Source: Candidatus Zixiibacteriota bacterium
GTDB lineage: Bacteria > JAAXHH01
Direction of reading: 5' to 3'
Assembly (NCBI GenBank): GCA_016867335.1
Contig: VGJU01000002.1
Location: forward strand, 1-62,281
DNA length: 62,281 bases
In this document: positions 59,300-62,281 of the stretch, in pieces
Layout: each line of letters begins with the position of its first letter
How positions within the stretch are numbered: position 1 is the first letter of the stretch
Notes under the pieces: generated by a model
The model's database searches: none
The model's input: the letters and a program-made list of their open reading frames with translations, nothing else
What the model was told of the DNA's origin: nothing
Translations under genes and position numbers: made by a program

Positions 59300-59328
59300 A
59301 TAGTAGGCGGAGAGAGGGCTGGTGTCAA
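59300..59328 (-). promoter_or_regulatory. Putative sigma-70 promoter
   Basis: Minus strand TTGACA-17 nt-TACTAT. Confidence 0.6.
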
Positions 59329-59364
59329 GTTATTTTGACGACGCGTTCTTTCCTTGCGGGGCGA

Positions 59365-60498
59365 TTACCTTGCCGGAGTCTGTCTGTATCGGGGCGGGAT
59401 GCGGGGTTTTATATTCCGGAAAAACGTTTCCATGTCAAAGTCGCCTTCCAACGGAAGACGGATTTCCCGGTGTTCGAACGCGGAGCGATAGGCGGCGCAG
59501 ATCACCTCCATGACCGCGCGTCCGCTCGGCCCGTGGGTACGGGGCTTTTTTCCGTCGCGTACGCATTCGGCAAAATGATCCAGTTTGACTTTGTACTGTC
59601 CGAATCTTTTGCCTTCTTCGAGCCAGTTCTGGCTAAACGGTGGTTTGATGTTTTATCGAAGACTTCCGTATCGGTGGATAAACGCTTCGTACGGCGTGGT
59701 GTATTGCCAGACCCCTGCGGAATGTTTCAAGTCGATGGTGCCCGTCTCTCCGAATATTTGATACCGTTCTTCGCTTTCGTGATGAAAAAACTTGGTGGAC
59801 ATGTGGACGCTGCGTGCTCCGGCGGCATGGGTGCATACGACGTTGTATTCGTTTTCGACTTCGAAACCGGGTTCGGTGATATCGAAAACCGCGTTTACCG
59901 ACCGAACGGGTCCGGCCCACCAGCGCGCCAGGTCCACGCAATGCGAGCCGTGGCCCTGCCATTGACCGCCATAGGTGGCAAGAAACCCGCGCCACGCCTT
60001 GCCAAACGCCGGATGCTCCATCCCGCCCCAGTCCCAGTTGTGGCGTATGCCCATCACTTGCCCGATTTCGCCTTGTTGCATGAGTTCTTCCACCCGGAGC
60101 ATGGTCCGGTTGAAGCGTTTCATAAAGGCCATCATCAAGACGGTTCCGGCTTTCCGGTGTGCTTCGATGATGTCGTCACATTCGGCGAGCGTGCGGGCCA
60201 TGGGTTTTTCGAGCAGGACATGCAACCCCTGTTCGGCACAGAAGATGGCAAGATCGCGGTGCGTATACACCGGAGTGGCGATCAACACGGCGTCTACCTT
60301 TTCCTTTGCCAAACACGCTTCGAGGGTAGTGTATCCCGATGGAAAACCGTATACGTCGCGGGCATGGGCAAGCGCCTCGTCGCTCGGATCGACGCCGGCA
60401 ACCACCTCTATGCCTTCCACATGGGGCAGGACCGGTCCAAAACTGATCCGCAGACAGTGTCCACAGCCTACAAAGGCCAGTTTTATCTTGGGCGTCAT
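59365..60498 (-). pseudogene. Gfo/Idh/MocA oxidoreductase with one internal in-frame TAA
   Basis: LAFVGCG, HVLLEKP, GSHCVD. After TAA 59653-59655 the frame continues NIKPPF...YKVKLDHFAECVRDGKKP...GRAVMEVICAAYRSA to TAA at 59365. Confidence 0.8.
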
Positions 60499-60506
60499 GA
60501 CACCCT

Positions 60507-61013
60507 CTACAACATAAAGAGAAAAGCGACGCGGCCCAGACGGATTTCATCGCCAGCGGCCAGCGGACACGGCGAACCGGGGACGACTTTCTGTTTGTTG
60601 ATCAGCGTGTAATTGGTGCTGTTGAGGTCGTCCAGAAAATACGAGCCGTCCTGTTCGTATATCCGGGCGTGTTTGCGGGAGACGCCTCCTTCCAGCCCTC
60701 CGAACCCGGTGGTGTCGATATCCGGGAACGTGCTGGAGGTAGGATCTTCGCGTCCGATGACGGTCTCTTTTTTGGTCAGCATGAGCGCCTGACCGGTGCT
60801 TACAACGACAAGATGCGGTCCCGATGCGGCGACGGCCGTGGCCGCCGGCTCGGTCTCCGGCGCTTCGGCGGACAGGGGCGCGCTGGGCGCAACCGCCTCT
60901 ACCGGGGGCGCTGAGGCCGGTGTAGAAACCGCCGCCGACATGTCGGCCCCGCAATCCTGACAGTACATGGCATCGTCGGTATTTTCCGCTTGGCATACAG
61001 GGCACTGTTTCAT
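60507..61013 (-). CDS. Zinc-ribbon + FHA domain protein
   Basis: CPVC...YCQDCG, a Pro/Ala linker, and FHA motifs IGRED, GVSRKHA, DLNSTNYT. Confidence 0.9.
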   Translation of the reverse strand: MKQCPVCQAENTDDAMYCQDCGADMSAAVSTPASAPPVEAVAPSAPLSAEAPETEPAATAVAASGPHLVVVSTGQALMLTKKETVIGREDPTSSTFPDIDTTGFGGLEGGVSRKHARIYEQDGSYFLDDLNSTNYTLINKQKVVPGSPCPLAAGDEIRLGRVAFLFML

Positions 61014-61098
61014 GGCAACCTTCTCCTTGTGTAATGAGCGATCTTTCGTTTGCCGCTCCGCGTGTTTTCCGGAGCGAAGCCGCATACGTAACGACGAT

Positions 61099-62281
61099 CT
61101 ATTCTTGCATATCCGGCCGCTGGGTCAGTTTGCGGGTTCCGTACTGGAGCTTTTGGGTTCCCGACGCCGACATCTGGCCTTCTTTTTCGATGTTTCTGGC
61201 TTCCGCCTTTGCCGCTTCGGCCAGTTCCACCTCACCCATGTCCAACAGACGGGTGGCCGCCTCGCGGAGTTTGACCGTCGCCGCGCCGATATTGCCGGTT
61301 TTTATGGCTTCTTTGGCCTCCATCTGCAACTGGTAGGCGGTCACACGTTCGACGATGTTCATGACCGCTCCGGCTTTGGCTTGATTGAGCGCCGGGTCGC
61401 CCGACATTTCGATGATCACCTCGGACCGCACCGTTTCGACCGTCGGGGTGCTGCCCGGAAGCGTGTATACAATTTCCGCCTGCGCGATGCGATCCCGACC
61501 GGCAGGGTGCGCCGGCAACACAAGATCGACCAGCAACGTCTGTCCCGTTTGCCGATCGATCACGCCGATGTCCACGTTGATGTCGCGGTCGGTAAGCGCG
61601 GTGTGGTTCAAGTCGATGATATCGGGGATGACACGGTATATCTGGCGCGGTTCGACACCCTTGCTGAGCCGTAGCGACACCCGCACGCCCTGCACCACTA
61701 CCGCCTGAAGCTGGCGCACCTCGCTTTGAAACAACGCGATGATCTTGTCGGGCTTGTCGATATAGTCGGCTCGTCCGGTGCTGTTGCGGGCGATGGCGTC
61801 AAGCAGCGTCTCGTTCCAGTCGTCACCCACGCCGAGCGCCGTAATGGCAATGTTGTTGAGCCGGGCCTCGGAGGCCAAATGTTGACAGTCGGCTTCGTCT
61901 TCCCATGTCTGTCCGTCGGTCAGTAGTATCATCCGGCTGATACGGGTCGGGCCGACGTGTTTTCGCAACTCGGCAAGACCGTCCTGTATCCCTTTCGACA
62001 TCGAGGTTCCGCCTTCAGCTTTGAGGGCGTTTACCCGTGCCTTGAGCTGATCCAAATCTTGGATGTGCTGGGCCGGGAGGGCTACCAAGGAACGCTCGTT
62101 GAAAATTACGATCGAGATGTAGTCGTCGGACTGGAGACCGTCTAAAACATGCGCCACCGCCTGTTTGACGTTCTCGATCTTTTCGCCCAGCATAGAGCCG
62201 CTGCGGTCCAGCACCAGACATAGATTTACCGGGGTTCTATTAAACTTCTGCGTGGGCGCGGCCTTTACTTCCATGAGCACA
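61099..62281 (-). CDS. von Willebrand factor A domain protein (5' end outside the window)
   Basis: MIDAS motif VLDRSGSM, GGT, ILLTDG, LGVG, and a helical C-terminus. Confidence 0.9.
   Translation of the reverse strand, partial: VLMEVKAAPTQKFNRTPVNLCLVLDRSGSMLGEKIENVKQAVAHVLDGLQSDDYISIVIFNERSLVALPAQHIQDLDQLKARVNALKAEGGTSMSKGIQDGLAELRKHVGPTRISRMILLTDGQTWEDEADCQHLASEARLNNIAITALGVGDDWNETLLDAIARNSTGRADYIDKPDKIIALFQSEVRQLQAVVVQGVRVSLRLSKGVEPRQIYRVIPDIIDLNHTALTDRDINVDIGVIDRQTGQTLLVDLVLPAHPAGRDRIAQAEIVYTLPGSTPTVETVRSEVIIEMSGDPALNQAKAGAVMNIVERVTAYQLQMEAKEAIKTGNIGAATVKLREAATRLLDMGEVELAEAAKAEARNIEKEGQMSASGTQKLQYGTRKLTQRPDMQE

Noticed and set aside
1-62281. Genome-wide stop-codon reassignment
   Set aside because: TAA, TAG and TGA all terminate conserved genes at the expected positions (secA and dnaE TAA, tkt TAG, purL TGA).

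Overview
GC-rich bacterial chromosomal window. An FlgD-Ig-like C-terminal stub, an FCB-type long SecA and many orphan catabolic genes suggest an FCB-superphylum or Latescibacteria-like organism, but this is inference. Core genes are purS-purL-purQ, a sigma-70 factor, secA, dnaE, apt, uxuA, galK and tkt. They are interspersed with a sugar ABC transporter, outer-membrane barrels and catabolic enzymes (enolase-family, Gfo/Idh/MocA, GH28-like, M24, BNR, ThuA, hydantoinase/oxoprolinase A+B fusion, PhyH). The window ends in a vWA + zinc-ribbon/FHA pair. The most notable structure is not shown by the ORF track: (1) a fossil integron at ~17.5-19.6 kb (decayed intI N-terminus, attI-like site, 58-bp attC, a type III Res fragment, and an intact apt gene as a cassette); (2) a four-helix-bundle gene bracketed by inverted 7-nt-periodic repeats, next to a type I R-M locus collapsed to a three-gene mosaic, with a second heptamer family at several junctions; (3) an FtsX-type permease fused to an AttH/lipocalin-like protein through an intact signal peptide; (4) a ~600-bp island of nested hairpins with a duplicated 48-bp unit; (5) several genes with clean in-frame stops or internal deletions. 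No rRNA, tRNA or CRISPR array was recognised. All family assignments come from motif recognition by eye, not database searches.
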